From Arenicellales bacterium (lineage in GTDB: Bacteria; Pseudomonadota; Gammaproteobacteria; Arenicellales; JAJDZL01): 64,000 nt of DNA. The translations under genes were made by a program, and so were the position numbers. Below the pieces are notes generated by a model that did not search any database, was not told the DNA's origin, and saw only the letters and a list, made by a program, of their open reading frames with translations. Positions 48,446-59,850 of this stretch are shown here, piece by piece. The first letter of the stretch is position 1, and each line of letters begins with the position of its first letter. The stretch covers positions 1,125,649 through 1,189,648 of the forward strand of contig CBDBBP010000001.1 in the NCBI GenBank assembly GCA_965202855.1, in the 5' to 3' direction.

Positions 48446-49666
48446 TTAGCGTTTAATGCCCGATGTTCTGAGTATTGCAATTGGGCCAATCAAAACAACA
48501 ACGGCTGTTGCGATGAATGCCCAACCCCAAGCGGCCGGTTGAGTGCCTCCACCGGCCAAATCCAATACGATTCCGAAAATGATTGGACCGATGAAGGCGC
48601 CTACAAATCCGATCAGAGTATGAAACGCCATCGTGGTTCCTCGTATCTGAACCTTTGCAGCTTTAATCACCGCAGAAGAAATCGATGCTGAATCAGAAAT
48701 TGTCAAGGTAGCATACAGAACCACTAGAACGAAGATCACAACCATTGACTGTTGACTGGAAAACCCGAGCGCGATCCCAACCGCAGCGGCGAGAGCCATG
48801 ACAATCAAAATCACTTTTACTCGATTTACTTTTTCCGCGAGTTCATTTGTAAATACGCTAAAGGGTTGTGCAAACAAAGTTGCGCAAGCCACTAAAAAAG
48901 GTGCGTTCCAATCCGAACCGAGAGAACTTGAGTCCCTTTGGCTCATCGCAAACACTAAAAATGCTACAGCCCAGGAGCGGAAAACGAACAGTTCTACATT
49001 GTGAACACTATAGGCGATGCTGAACCCAAGCGCTTTTTTATTCTCGAGGACCGGTCGAAAGTCAGGAATGATTCTAAATTTTTTCCCTGTTCCTTCCGGT
49101 TTTACGAATGGCAAATAGAAATAAGCGATTAACAATGCAATGAACGGACCAATTGAAGATACAGCGAATACCCACTGCCAAGTTAAATGCTGCATCATTA
49201 TTCCGGCAATAAAAAAGGAAACTGCCACACCCAAACCAAAGCACATGGTATATACCGCGACAGTACGGCTCTGCAATTGTTGCGAAACTGCATCAACCAG
49301 AGCTTTTAAGCCTGGCATATAGGTTCCTGCGAGTCCAATTCCCTGTAAGAATCTCCATATGCTAGCGCTCCCCACACCAGCAGTTAAAAATGCAAAAGCC
49401 AGCGGCACTATCGTCGTCAATGCAATGGAATATAGATATACAGTTCGCGCTGCGACGCGATCTGTGAACGGTACCAGAATGGCAACGGCGAGGAGATAGC
49501 CCGCAAAGTAAACCCCTGCAACCCATCCAATTTCGGTATTCGTCGCCTGCCACTCCATTTGAAGTGTTGGGATTAGAGTCGGATAGACCGAAAAAGGAAC
49601 CATCGCAAGTATGTGAGCGCAGCAGATCAGAATGATCGTCAGGCTAGGTTTTCGTGAAAGATTCAA
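48446..49666 (-). CDS. MFS transporter
   Basis: 406 aa, 12 hydrophobic segments, FTDRVAART loop 2-3-like motif. Confidence 0.8.
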   Translation of the reverse strand: MNLSRKPSLTIILICCAHILAMVPFSVYPTLIPTLQMEWQATNTEIGWVAGVYFAGYLLAVAILVPFTDRVAARTVYLYSIALTTIVPLAFAFLTAGVGSASIWRFLQGIGLAGTYMPGLKALVDAVSQQLQSRTVAVYTMCFGLGVAVSFFIAGIMMQHLTWQWVFAVSSIGPFIALLIAYFYLPFVKPEGTGKKFRIIPDFRPVLENKKALGFSIAYSVHNVELFVFRSWAVAFLVFAMSQRDSSSLGSDWNAPFLVACATLFAQPFSVFTNELAEKVNRVKVILIVMALAAAVGIALGFSSQQSMVVIFVLVVLYATLTISDSASISSAVIKAAKVQIRGTTMAFHTLIGFVGAFIGPIIFGIVLDLAGGGTQPAAWGWAFIATAVVVLIGPIAILRTSGIKR

Positions 49667-49838
49667 AACTGAGACAAAGATCGAAGGAATTGATAGAAAT
49701 CGAAATTAAATCACATAGATTTGTTAGCGAGAAGTTTGAATGTGGATGCGAAAATATTTTTTCGTAAATTATTCCTGAATCGGATTTATCATACAATTGA
49801 CAGTTGACCAACCATGTCGTCCAATCTCAGTTCGATTG

Positions 49839-50207
49839 ATGCTCACCAAACTTCTTTTCACTATCATAACGATTCTTATCGTGCTTTTGATTTATTCAGC
49901 ACGTTTTAGGCAATCTGCAAGGAAAGCCTACCAAGAGAGAGCCGTTTCCAATAAACCGAATAAAATGACACGTTGGGTGCTTTATTCATTCGCTGGCATC
50001 ATTGCACTTACTTCTTGCGCTTTTTTTATCTACAAATGGCAGTTGGACAATACTGTTGTGAGCATTAGGGTAATTAGCGGTTCTGTGGATAACACGACCA
50101 CATACAAAGCTCTGCAAAAGGACATCAAGGGGCGCACATTTACAACTTTAGACGGCCGGCTTGTAACCCTTGGAGAATCTGATCGAATTGAATTGCTGAA
50201 AGATTGA
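49839..50207 (+). CDS. hypothetical two-TM membrane protein
   Basis: MLTKLLFTIITILIVLLIY and WVLYSFAGIIALTSCAFFIY hydrophobic segments. No family recognised. ATG at 49839 preferred over the listed upstream start. Confidence 0.45.
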   Translation: MLTKLLFTIITILIVLLIYSARFRQSARKAYQERAVSNKPNKMTRWVLYSFAGIIALTSCAFFIYKWQLDNTVVSIRVISGSVDNTTTYKALQKDIKGRTFTTLDGRLVTLGESDRIELLKD

Positions 50208-50498
50208 TCAAATCAGTTCGCATAGAACATTAGCAATAAGCATGAATCATTTTCTGCTGCGATTGAAGATTCAGGCATAAGACTTGGATAATAATTTCTA
50301 GCCTCCATATAATTTTTCTTAAGTGAAAATATCTGCCGCTCGTTGCCAATTCCCCGAATGATCGCAGGACAGGCTTTGAAATTTTGGATATTCACATTCG
50401 TTCTCCTTTTGTCTGTACCAAATGAGAAAAATCATCTAGTTTCGAACTTAAATGACGTTAAACAGTCAAATTAAGCTGATGGAGCAAATCGATTCGTA

Positions 50499-51119
50499 AT
50501 GTATAGCAAGATGCTACAGCAATTGTTTTTCAAACAGCTGCCTGTTACCACTTCATTGGTCGCAGCGACTTTAGCGATTACGCTATTGACTGAGTTTGGA
50601 TCCAATTTAGACTATCTTTGGGTATTGATCATTTCAAAAACCATGATTCAAGCTCTAGAGATTCTGAATGGAGAGGTTTGGAGATTGTGGACGCCGACAT
50701 TCATTCATTTCAGTATTTATCATTTGGTGTTCAATCTACTGTGGGTTTGGATTATCGGTGGCGCCATTGAAAGAAAACAAGGCAGTATGACTTTACTGTT
50801 TTTGTACTTGGTGTCGGCTGCGATTTCAAACTATGCTGAATTCGTCTTCTCGGGGCCAATGTTCGGTGGTATGTCAGGTTATGCTTATGCTTTGTTCGGA
50901 TACCTTTGGATGCAGTCAAAATTCAATCCTGCAGAGTACCGTTCCGTCGTGCCAAGCGCGATTATTGCTCTGGCATTGGTGTGGTTTGTGGTTTGCTGGA
51001 TCGGATTGATTGGAAATGTCGCCAATTATGCGCATACCGCAGGATTGATTATTGGAATTATTTGGGGTCGATTTGACGCGAGACGACCTAATATTCAACG
51101 AAAAAGGTTTAGTGGATGA
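50499..51119 (+). CDS. rhomboid-family intramembrane serine protease
   Basis: [31 protein letters not shown] (GxSG) and [12 protein letters not shown] (catalytic His) in a 6-TM protein. Confidence 0.85.
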   Translation: MYSKMLQQLFFKQLPVTTSLVAATLAITLLTEFGSNLDYLWVLIISKTMIQALEILNGEVWRLWTPTFIHFSIYHLVFNLLWVWIIGGAIERKQGSMTLLFLYLVSAAISNYAEFVFSGPMFGGMSGYAYALFGYLWMQSKFNPAEYRSVVPSAIIALALVWFVVCWIGLIGNVANYAHTAGLIIGIIWGRFDARRPNIQRKRFSG

Positions 51120-53530
51120 AACAAATTGCAGGTACATGGCTAATTTTCTTCAGCCTGATTGCAAGCTTAAGTTGCATTAATGCAGCGAGCGCAGGCTCAG
51201 TTGAATTTAAAAATTTACCGAACAGCGCCGCGTTGCCAGCGGAGGTTCAAAAGAAAATTCAAGAAACTTGGTTAAGCACTCCTTCTGACTATGATCCAAG
51301 ATCAAAGCATTTGCGAGAAGATGGTTCACCAATCTATGCGAATCGCCTTCTATTGAGTCTTTCCCCCTACCTAAGACAACATGCGCATACGCCGGTTAAC
51401 TGGTTTCCTTGGAGTGAGGAAGCATTTTCTGAAGCGAAGGCACGTGGTGTGCCAATTTTTCTGTCTATCGGTTATTCATCTTGTCATTGGTGTCATGTCA
51501 TGGAAGAAGAAAGCTTTGACTCCATCGAAATCGCGAATGTATTGAATCAGAATTTTGTCGCGATCAAAGTCGACCGCGAAACAAATCCTGAAGTTGACGA
51601 AATTCATCTGCTCGCTCTACAGGTGTTAGGCTTGCCGGGCGGATGGCCGCTAAACATGTTTTTAACTTCTGATGGCCACCCTTTCATGGGGGTGACATAT
51701 CTTTCGGAGCAGCAATTGGCAACAGCGTTAGCGGAAGTCAGCTATTTTTGGAAAACTCAAAAGCAGCAAGCTGTGGAATTTGGAAAACAGGTTTCTGAGA
51801 TGGTTCAGCAATTTGGATTGAGCACAGATCAGCACATTGAAATCGGGCAACAGCAAGTCGAGGAATTTATCAGTCATGTGCATGAGGAACTGAAGTCAAG
51901 GGACGAGTTCGCTCCGAATTCAAACCGTTTTCCATCCGAAGCCGAGCTCTTTCTTTTGCTCGATGCTGCGGTTCGTTACGAAAATCCGGATGCAGTTTCT
52001 ACTGCTTTGGCTCGACTCGATGGAATGGCGCGGGGCGGCATTCGAGATCATGTGGGAGGTGGATTTCATCGCTACACAGTCGACAACGAGTGGTTGATTC
52101 CTCACTTTGAAAAAATGCTCTATAACCAGGCGCTGATCTCTCGTTCGTTTCTTTACGCATATGAGCTCACGGGAACCGATCTTTATCGTCGCGTGGCAAC
52201 ACAGACATTGGACTATATCCTACGTGAAATGACGGATGAATTCGGAAGCTTCTATTCTGCTACAGATGCAGACAGTGGCGGATTGGAAGGAGAATTTTTT
52301 CTTTGGACTCTTGACGACATCCGCCAATCTACACCAGAAAATTCAGATTTTGTAATTCAACACTATGGGGTGACTGAGGAAGGAAATTTTGAGGGCAAAA
52401 ACATTCTGAACATCACGGCTACACCAGAGTCAAGAGCTGCTGATCAAAGTATCGATATTCAAGAGTATTTGCGTCGACTGGACGAGTCAACGAGAGCGAT
52501 GCGGGAGTATCGAGATCGTCGTGAGAAGCCTTTTTTGGATCGAAAGACGATAACTGCCTGGAACGGTTTGATGATCACCACATTGTCCGAAGCAAGCCGA
52601 ATATTGTCAGATGTTCGGTACTTGGAAGCCGCACAAAAGGCAGCGGAGTTTATTTGGAGTCATAGTCTCGACAAAAACGGGCAGCTATATCGAATTTATT
52701 TGGATGGTGTTGTTACTGAAAAAGGAAAACTGCGCGACTATGCATATTTCATTCAGGCGATGTTGAGTCTCTATGACCAAACCACCGAGCAAATTTGGCT
52801 GGAACGCAGTGAAACTCTGACAGAGAAAATGTTCGAGCTGTTCTGGGATGACAAAAAAGGTGGGTTCTTTTTGACAGCGAGCAATGACACGGATCAACTG
52901 TTCAGCCGGTTTAAAGATCGATTTGATGAAGCGCTTCCGTCCGGCAATTCGGTTGCGGCGCTTTCTTTGTCGAGGTTGCACTATCGTACAGGGAATGAAG
53001 TCTATGCCAGCCGATTGCAACAGCTCGTTCAAGCTTTTGCTGCTGAAATTTCCAAGTATCCAACTTCGTTCCCGTATTTGCTGGCTGCAAACGACGATTT
53101 GCAAAATGGTTCTATCGGCCCTCGAGAATTTGCGGCGTCTGGAAATGCAAAGGTATCCGTGAAGCCATACTCCGGTCAATCATCGAATCATCAAATCTTG
53201 GTGGAGCTAGACTTGGCCGATGGCTGGCATGTTCAATCAGATACCCCTGCCAGCGCCAATTTGTTTGCAACAATAGTTGATGTTTCCAATCAAGGATGGG
53301 AAATTGAAGACATTGAATATCCAGCAGAGGAAATCATACATGCCTCATTTCAATCGGCGCCTCTTTCCGTTTGGTCAAACCAAGTTACGATCCCGGTTAC
53401 CTTGCAAAAAGTCGGATCGACGACTTGGGGACCTGTTTTAGAGGTGCGCCTGCAAGCTTGTGATGACAGCTTATGTCTGTTGCCTGAATCGGTAAAGCTC
53501 GAAGTGCCGCAAAGTCTGCTTATGGATTGA
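51116..53530 (+). CDS. thioredoxin-domain (DUF255/YyaL-like) protein with glycosidase-like six-hairpin region and extra C-terminal DsbD-N-like domain, 804 aa
   Basis: [39 protein letters not shown] is the DUF255 signature. C-terminal ~120 aa ([11 protein letters not shown]...[13 protein letters not shown]) resembles the DsbD/DsbC N-terminal domain family. ATGA overlap with the rhomboid gene. Signal peptide present. Confidence 0.8.
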   Translation: MKQIAGTWLIFFSLIASLSCINAASAGSVEFKNLPNSAALPAEVQKKIQETWLSTPSDYDPRSKHLREDGSPIYANRLLLSLSPYLRQHAHTPVNWFPWSEEAFSEAKARGVPIFLSIGYSSCHWCHVMEEESFDSIEIANVLNQNFVAIKVDRETNPEVDEIHLLALQVLGLPGGWPLNMFLTSDGHPFMGVTYLSEQQLATALAEVSYFWKTQKQQAVEFGKQVSEMVQQFGLSTDQHIEIGQQQVEEFISHVHEELKSRDEFAPNSNRFPSEAELFLLLDAAVRYENPDAVSTALARLDGMARGGIRDHVGGGFHRYTVDNEWLIPHFEKMLYNQALISRSFLYAYELTGTDLYRRVATQTLDYILREMTDEFGSFYSATDADSGGLEGEFFLWTLDDIRQSTPENSDFVIQHYGVTEEGNFEGKNILNITATPESRAADQSIDIQEYLRRLDESTRAMREYRDRREKPFLDRKTITAWNGLMITTLSEASRILSDVRYLEAAQKAAEFIWSHSLDKNGQLYRIYLDGVVTEKGKLRDYAYFIQAMLSLYDQTTEQIWLERSETLTEKMFELFWDDKKGGFFLTASNDTDQLFSRFKDRFDEALPSGNSVAALSLSRLHYRTGNEVYASRLQQLVQAFAAEISKYPTSFPYLLAANDDLQNGSIGPREFAASGNAKVSVKPYSGQSSNHQILVELDLADGWHVQSDTPASANLFATIVDVSNQGWEIEDIEYPAEEIIHASFQSAPLSVWSNQVTIPVTLQKVGSTTWGPVLEVRLQACDDSLCLLPESVKLEVPQSLLMD

Positions 53531-54299
53531 GGTGAACCAAACCTCCGTCAATCAAGATATTCTGTCCAGTGATATAGCTCGCTTGATGGCTGCATAAAAA
53601 AGCGCAGAGAGCGCCAAATTCGTCGGGCGAACCAAATCTTCCAGATGGAATTGAGCCTTTGCTGTTGTTTAAAAGCTCTTCAACGGATTGCCCTGATTTT
53701 TCTGCAGCAAAGTGCATGCTGTCGCGCAGACGGTCGGTATCGAATCGACCTGGAAGAATTGCGTTGACCGTAATGCCATAACCCGCGACTTGACGAGCAG
53801 CGCCAGCAAAATATCCTGTTAATCCGGACCGAGCGCCATTGGACAGATCCAGGTTTGAGATCGGCGCCTTCACAGATGACGAAGTGATATTTACGATTCT
53901 GCCAAATCCACGTTCTATCATTCCATCTATCACGCGTCGAAACAGTTCAATTGGAGTGAGCATATTGTTGTTTAGCGCAGAGTGCCAGTGCTCCATTTTC
54001 CAATTGCGAAAATCTCCAACAGGCGGTCCCCCCGCATTGTTCACGAGGATATCAAGATCGGGCGTAGCTGAAAGAGCTAAATTCCGGCCTTCTGCCGTGG
54101 TAATGTCACAGCAAACAACGTTGACGTCCCCGCGTGCGACGGCTTGAATTTCTCCTTTTGCTGCTTCCAGCGTCGACCGAGTTCGGCCGTTCAACCAAAC
54201 ATTCGCTCCCTCCATTGCCAGAGCTTTCGCGCATCCTTTGCCTAGTCCTTTGCTAGATGCGCAGATTAAAGCGTTTTTTCCTGCGAGTCCTAAATCCAT
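53520..54299 (-). CDS. SDR-family oxidoreductase
   Basis: [15 protein letters not shown] (TGxxxGxG variant), NNAGG, and the overall FabG-like pattern. Start at MDLGLAGK. Confidence 0.85.
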   Translation of the reverse strand: MDLGLAGKNALICASSKGLGKGCAKALAMEGANVWLNGRTRSTLEAAKGEIQAVARGDVNVVCCDITTAEGRNLALSATPDLDILVNNAGGPPVGDFRNWKMEHWHSALNNNMLTPIELFRRVIDGMIERGFGRIVNITSSSVKAPISNLDLSNGARSGLTGYFAGAARQVAGYGITVNAILPGRFDTDRLRDSMHFAAEKSGQSVEELLNNSKGSIPSGRFGSPDEFGALCAFLCSHQASYITGQNILIDGGLVHLNP

Positions 54300-54529
54300 T
54301 CTCAACTTCCTCCTAAGCAAATCGCTATGATGTGATTGTTCAATTTTTATCGCAAATCGCCTGACGGAAATTGGATTTTCTAAAAATCCGCAGGCAAATG
54401 CTGGACGCAGTCACAAACCCCATGAAGTCCCCGTTGAAAAGAGTTGGATATACTTTGGGCTCAGCTCAAATTCAAAAAGTCAGAAAATAGACTGACGATT
54501 ACCCGAAACAATTCAAACTGACGCATTAC

Positions 54530-55669
54530 TCACGGGATGTTTCCTTTTTCGAGTTGTGACAGCACGATTTCTTGGTTTTGCACCTGTTCCTGTTCAACAC
54601 TTGCAATGTGAATGGTTGAAGTTGGGAATGCGATTTCCGCACCGTGCTCCGTAATGATTTCCATGGCCTTTATCAGCACATCCTGCTTCACGGCTTGGTA
54701 TTCAACCCAATCTTTGGTTCGTGTATAGCAATTGATCAAAATATCAAGAGAAGAGGCTGCGAATTGCACAAAATTTACAGCCAGTCGACTTGTTGTTGGA
54801 TCAATCCCGGGATGATTGCGAACCATGACATCAATGTCATGGACAATGTCCTTGAGCAGATGAGCATCGTCGTAACGAATCCCAACGTATTCTGAAATAT
54901 AGCGGTTCGCTTGTTGAGTGACATTGATGACTGAAATTTTTGCAAAAGACGAGTTTGGCACATAAAGGAGCCGCATGTCAATTCTGCGGATCTTTGTTTG
55001 CCTCCATCCAATTTCTTCGATGGTGCCCCAAATATCCATTTCCGTTGATCTGACTCTGTCACCCACCTTGAATGGACGATCCATATAGATCATTAATCCG
55101 CCAAAATAGTTTGCGATTAATTCCTGTGCTGCAAAACCGATGGCAATTCCTCCAACACCGCCAAAAGCAAGAATGCCTGCAATGCTCAAACCGAGAGTTT
55201 CCATTCCGATGAGTCCGGCGAGAACGATTGTCGCAATCATCAGAATTTTTACCACCGTGTCTGAAGTCGTCACATCATATTTGGAATCCAGTTCCTTTTG
55301 TTTGGCAACATAGTTCTTGCTGAAATTGTGAATGAACCGCAGGGCGAACCACGCAATGATTGTGATTTGCACCAAATTAGCGATGGAAGGAACAGCGTCA
55401 AACAATGCAAGATCGTATTCTTTTCGAACAATGTTCAGGGCGTAAAAAAGGCCGGAAAAGCAGATCAAAAATGTAGTGGGCCACTTGATCGATTGAATCG
55501 TCGAACGAGTCCACAAATTCTTTATTTTGGAGATTGCTTTCTCTAATCGAGAAAAAATGAAATGAAAAACAAGGCTAATGATCAGCGTGATGACTAAGGA
55601 CAGTGGAATCTGGATCAAAACCCAGTTTTCCTTGCTGATTTCATATCCAAATATGACTTGTGGTTCCAT
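54530..55669 (-). CDS. mechanosensitive ion channel (MscS-family) protein
   Basis: N-terminal TM segments, GGLMIYMDRPFKVGDRV...GTIEEIGWRQTKIRRIDMRLLYVPNSSF is the MscS beta-domain signature. Confidence 0.85.
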   Translation of the reverse strand: MEPQVIFGYEISKENWVLIQIPLSLVITLIISLVFHFIFSRLEKAISKIKNLWTRSTIQSIKWPTTFLICFSGLFYALNIVRKEYDLALFDAVPSIANLVQITIIAWFALRFIHNFSKNYVAKQKELDSKYDVTTSDTVVKILMIATIVLAGLIGMETLGLSIAGILAFGGVGGIAIGFAAQELIANYFGGLMIYMDRPFKVGDRVRSTEMDIWGTIEEIGWRQTKIRRIDMRLLYVPNSSFAKISVINVTQQANRYISEYVGIRYDDAHLLKDIVHDIDVMVRNHPGIDPTTSRLAVNFVQFAASSLDILINCYTRTKDWVEYQAVKQDVLIKAMEIITEHGAEIAFPTSTIHIASVEQEQVQNQEIVLSQLEKGNIP

Positions 55670-55766
55670 CGTTCTAGCCCAATGGTTGTGCAGTTGAGAT
55701 GATTTTGATCAATTTGAACTCTGATTTCATTTATTCACCCAATTTTTGAATGCCATCCGCGATACG

Positions 55767-56558
55767 CTACACAATTTGGATCAGAGCGTCCAACAGCGCA
55801 TCCGGTTTTTCGGACATGATGGTGTGTCCGGTGCGGTTTAGCAGCACAGTGCGTGAGTTCTCGATTTGACTCGCTAACTTCTTTGCAAATCGCGCGGGAG
55901 TCAAAAGGTCGTATTCACCTAAAATCAACATGGTTGGACATTTGACATTCCCAGCAGCTGACAAACCGGTTTTGTATTCGTTGCACGCCTTGAGATCATT
56001 GAACAAGGCTCCAGGTTTGCCTCTTTCAAACAATCGCAACGAGCCACCGATCATCCACATTCCCGGAGTCTCGTTTCCACCAAAGTGCGCATCTGTACTA
56101 TGGCCCCAGGCAGTGAGCATTTCGATGGCAGATTGAGGGTTCTTGTTGGCCGCGTTGAGCAGCTGCTCCGTTACAGGCATGGGTACCGCAGTTCCAACCA
56201 TTGCCAAAGCTCGGATACGATCAGGGTATCTTGCGGCGCAATCCAAGGTGACAAGAGATCCCATGCTATGTCCGACAAGCGCTGTTTCAGAAATGTCGAG
56301 AGCATCAAGAACCTCAATTAGCCAATCCGCATACTGGCCGATTTGCGGCAGGTAAGGCCCTTCTGACAGTCCATGCCCAGGCAGGTCAACAGCAAGTACG
56401 TTGCGACCATGTCGAGCAAAATGACGAGCCGGTAAAGTCCAAACAGTATGATCAAGCGAAGCCCCATGGACGAACATCACAGAAGGTTTCGTCAGGTCAA
56501 TTTCATGCCCGCTTGTAAATGCGTATGCTAGATGTTGTGAAAGTGGAATTTTCATCAC
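55767..56558 (-). CDS. alpha/beta-fold hydrolase
   Basis: VMFVHGASLDHTVW, GHSMGSLV nucleophile elbow, C-terminal GHTIMSEKPD. Confidence 0.8.
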   Translation of the reverse strand: MMKIPLSQHLAYAFTSGHEIDLTKPSVMFVHGASLDHTVWTLPARHFARHGRNVLAVDLPGHGLSEGPYLPQIGQYADWLIEVLDALDISETALVGHSMGSLVTLDCAARYPDRIRALAMVGTAVPMPVTEQLLNAANKNPQSAIEMLTAWGHSTDAHFGGNETPGMWMIGGSLRLFERGKPGALFNDLKACNEYKTGLSAAGNVKCPTMLILGEYDLLTPARFAKKLASQIENSRTVLLNRTGHTIMSEKPDALLDALIQIV

Positions 56559-56586
56559 TGGATTCTATTGGCTTTTGCTTGCAGCA

Positions 56587-57885
56587 TCAACGTCTTCTTT
56601 GGGAAGCTCTCAGCGCTTGATTCATATCTGAAATCAGATCATCGGGGTCCTCCAGGCCGACAGACAAGCGCACTAGCCCTTCCGATATGCCAGCGGCTGC
56701 CAGCGCTCGGGCATCCATGCGATGATGGGTTGTCGAAGCTGGGTGAGTAATCAATGATTTTGCGTCACCAACATTGGCTAAGTGAGAGAACAGACTCAAT
56801 TTTTCAATCAGGCGATGTCCCGCTTTACGACCTCCTTTGATACCGAAAGAAAAAACTGCTCCGGCACCTTTAGGCAGCAGCTGTTTGGCGAGCTCATAGT
56901 CTGGATGTTCGGGCAACTCTGGGTAGTTGACCCACTCTACCGCAGCATGAGATTGGAGAAAGTCGATAAGAGTACGGGTATTGGATACATGACGGTCCAT
57001 GCGAAGTGAAAGTGTTTCCAATCCTTGTAAGACGAGAAACGCTGTAGTTGGACTCATGCAGGCTCCAAAATCCCGCGCACCTTCTTTCCTAGCCCGCGTG
57101 ATATAGGCGGCGGGTCCAAATTCTTCAGCGAAAACAAGATTGTGAAACCCTTCATAAGGTTCACTGAGAGTTGGAAATTTGCCCGACTCAATCCAATCAA
57201 ATTTTCCACTATCCACAAGAACGCCTCCAATCACCACGCCGTGTCCGCTCAGAAACTTTGTTGCTGAATGAAACACGAGGTCGGCGCCATGATCAAATGG
57301 TTTAAACAGGTAGGGAGTGGTAAATGTGGAGTCAATCAACAACGGAATTTGGTGAGAATGAGCGATATCAGCGACTTTTTGGATATCCATCACCTCGCTG
57401 CCTGGGTTGCCTATTACTTCACCGAATATCAGGCGTGTATTAGGACGGATGGCCCGTTGAATTGCGTCCAGGTCCCGCGGATGAACAAAGGTCGTTTCAA
57501 TGCCAAATCTGGGAAGTGTGTAAGACATCAAATTGTGCGAGCCGCCGTAGATTGACTGCGAAGAGACGATGTGATTTCCAGCCCCTAAAATGGTTGTAAT
57601 CGCCAGATGCAATGCCGCTTGTCCACTGGCAGTCGCGATCGCACCCACTCCTCCTTCCAGCGCGGATATCCTCTCTTCAAAAACCGCATTTGTAGGGTTT
57701 GAAATTCGTGAGTAAACATGCCCGGTTCGTTCAATGTTAAATATGGAGGCTGCATGCTCTACATCGCGGAACACATAGGATGCGGTCTGATAGATTGGAG
57801 TTGCGCGTGCGCGGGTCGCAGGATCGGGACGTTGGCCCGCGTGCAAGGTCATCGTGTCAAATTTCAGAAATTTGGAAATTGCCAT
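56587..57885 (-). CDS. metY: O-acetylhomoserine aminocarboxypropyltransferase (sulfhydrylase)
   Basis: FDTMTLHAGQRPD, YSRISNPT, HSATKFLSGHG (PLP lysine), RLSVGLEDPDDLI. Confidence 0.9.
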   Translation of the reverse strand: MAISKFLKFDTMTLHAGQRPDPATRARATPIYQTASYVFRDVEHAASIFNIERTGHVYSRISNPTNAVFEERISALEGGVGAIATASGQAALHLAITTILGAGNHIVSSQSIYGGSHNLMSYTLPRFGIETTFVHPRDLDAIQRAIRPNTRLIFGEVIGNPGSEVMDIQKVADIAHSHQIPLLIDSTFTTPYLFKPFDHGADLVFHSATKFLSGHGVVIGGVLVDSGKFDWIESGKFPTLSEPYEGFHNLVFAEEFGPAAYITRARKEGARDFGACMSPTTAFLVLQGLETLSLRMDRHVSNTRTLIDFLQSHAAVEWVNYPELPEHPDYELAKQLLPKGAGAVFSFGIKGGRKAGHRLIEKLSLFSHLANVGDAKSLITHPASTTHHRMDARALAAAGISEGLVRLSVGLEDPDDLISDMNQALRASQRRR

Positions 57886-58837
57886 AAAAATTCAGTGGTC
57901 GATCGAATGTTGGAAGCGAATGAATAGCAGCTTGTGTAAATCAGTTCATATTTTAAATTCAACGAAAGCGGTTCACAGCAGGAAAGCATTGAGATGTTAT
58001 TTCTCAAGTGCTAATTTTGACACATTTGCAGAATTAAGGACACCTCTATCAACCCTGGATGACCAAGGTTACGGAGTACCGCGTGAATAGTGAATATTAT
58101 TTTAGAATTATTGCAATTAGTGAGTGCCGAATCTGAAAATTTTGGACTAAATTTACTGCTTGCTACCAATTTTTAGTTGATTTGGCCTTGAATTCGCCGT
58201 TTAAGGCGCAATCATCCCTATATAGCCGCAAACAGTCGCACCAAAAATCTCAACCGCTTCATTACGGTAATTTTAAAATTCATTTTTCCCTGATGTAGAT
58301 GGTCAGCAATTTTCCGCTTGACTAGGATTTTTCAACCGTCTTTGATGAAGTCGCTCTACTCGCTGTCATTTTCCAACTCGAACATGAAGCTGCGCTACTT
58401 TTCAGTGAAGATAATTTTACTTGTCACGATGCGTTTAGTTTGACCCACTTGTAGATAAGAAATACGATGCATTCTCAAATTTTCTCAAGTTTCTACACTA
58501 TTGATCGATATCCTTGCTTGAGTTATCTTTTTGCAGCAGCTAAGTTTAGCACCCGATAGCAAACTGGAGAATAAATTGTTGCTATTCTCGGTGCGGTCGG
58601 AGGGAAAGAGTTCGAACTCGAATGCCATTCATCTTTCGATCGTGGCTGCTTGAAACAAATGAATGAAATTGACTCATTCTTTCGGTCAAGACGAAACCAA
58701 ATTCAACGATGACAACGGTTTCTACGAGATAAATGACATGATCCACGCTTGTGCGAATTTCGTCTGTTGAGAGAGGCAGGTTACTTCCTCTAGTTCAGCA
58801 GCTCACAGCTCACGTGCCAGCTCGGATCTCCGGCTGA

Positions 58838-59314
58838 TTATCCCCGGTAGTAGTAATACTTGACTGGACGTCTACGTGTTTTTTTCGTTCGGCTTGATGG
58901 TTCTGTATGTCTGGAAGGGTTCTGGTATCTTTCTAAATTTTCTTCATCAAATTCTAATCGCGCTCCTTCTGGAAAATACACGTTAATACGAACACCTATG
59001 GTTGATTTGTAACCATCACCTAGAACAACTTTATAGATGTCTGCATCAATAATGTGTCCTTTATCCAGCTGAAGAGCAAACCACTCGTTGTCTTTGCGAG
59101 GTATGTAACCAATGTGGGACCCTCCAGCGAATACCATTATCGCGTTCGAATCGTAAATATTTTCCGATTCACGCACCAGGACTAAAGGTTGACTTTCATA
59201 GCAGTGTGATACAGCATCTTGATAATGGCTGACACCGGCAACCCTGGTAGGAACAAAATATCTACCGTCGTCTATTCGCTGTCTTACGTTTGGGAAATAA
59301 AACCGTTTTGACAA
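58838..59314 (-). CDS. HIRAN-domain protein with basic Tyr-rich tail
   Basis: VAGVSHYQDAV...PLVLVRESENIYDSNAIMVFAGGSHIGYIPRKDNEWFALQLDKG matches the HIRAN pattern (VaG..y......L.ReP.N.yD.nAi.V....iGYiPr). Tail is RTKKTRRRPVKYYYYRG. Confidence 0.7.
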   Translation of the reverse strand: MSKRFYFPNVRQRIDDGRYFVPTRVAGVSHYQDAVSHCYESQPLVLVRESENIYDSNAIMVFAGGSHIGYIPRKDNEWFALQLDKGHIIDADIYKVVLGDGYKSTIGVRINVYFPEGARLEFDEENLERYQNPSRHTEPSSRTKKTRRRPVKYYYYRG

Positions 59315-59421
59315 AATTCAACACCTACTTGATCATCAGTCAGACTTGGGTTTTTAATTCATGCCTGCGGTTTGATAAAAATTTTAGCCTTGGATAAATT
59401 AATTCGACGTTGATGGCTTTA

Positions 59422-59793
59422 TTATGCTTCAGCTAGCTTGGGGAACTCTTGGTTTAAGGAGAAGATTGCGGCGTGTGAAATGCGCTCCTCAAATTCCAAG
59501 CGAATTCCATCATTAGAGCTTTTCGATTTCTCGTTTTTGGTGGCAAGACAAAATTTTGGCAGATATCTGCGTGAGCGTTGTTGCTCAAGGTGGCCGAGTC
59601 GTAGACACAGAACAATCTTTGTTTGTCGTCGTTTTGCAAGCAACGCATATCTTTCGTACAGGCTAAGATGAATTTCAGAAAACCATTGAACCATTGTATC
59701 GGGATTCTTTGCGCTTGCTAACCGACTTACGTTCGCATATGCAATCTGGAAATTGTTCGCGGTAGTGTGTGCATTTGCAGTCACTCTGACCAA
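59422..59793 (-). CDS. hypothetical protein (123 aa), uncertain
   Basis: Co-directional with its neighbours. A similarly sized ORF exists on the opposite strand, so coding status is unresolved. Confidence 0.3.
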   Translation of the reverse strand: MVRVTANAHTTANNFQIAYANVSRLASAKNPDTMVQWFSEIHLSLYERYALLAKRRQTKIVLCLRLGHLEQQRSRRYLPKFCLATKNEKSKSSNDGIRLEFEERISHAAIFSLNQEFPKLAEA

Positions 59794-59850
59794 ACTTTGC
59801 CTCCAATTCCGTACATCTACATGACATACAGCAACGAAACTCAGACGAAA

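Noticed and set aside
57886-58100. Possible SAM-type riboswitch in the metY leader (minus strand)
   Set aside because: I could not recognise SAM-I, SAM-II or SAM/SAH consensus elements by eye. This needs an Infernal scan before any claim.
58590-58640. GAGTTCGAACTC resembles a tRNA T-loop (possible tRNA fragment or att site next to the HIRAN cluster)
   Set aside because: The flanks cannot form a 5-bp T-stem or an acceptor stem. It is just a short palindrome.
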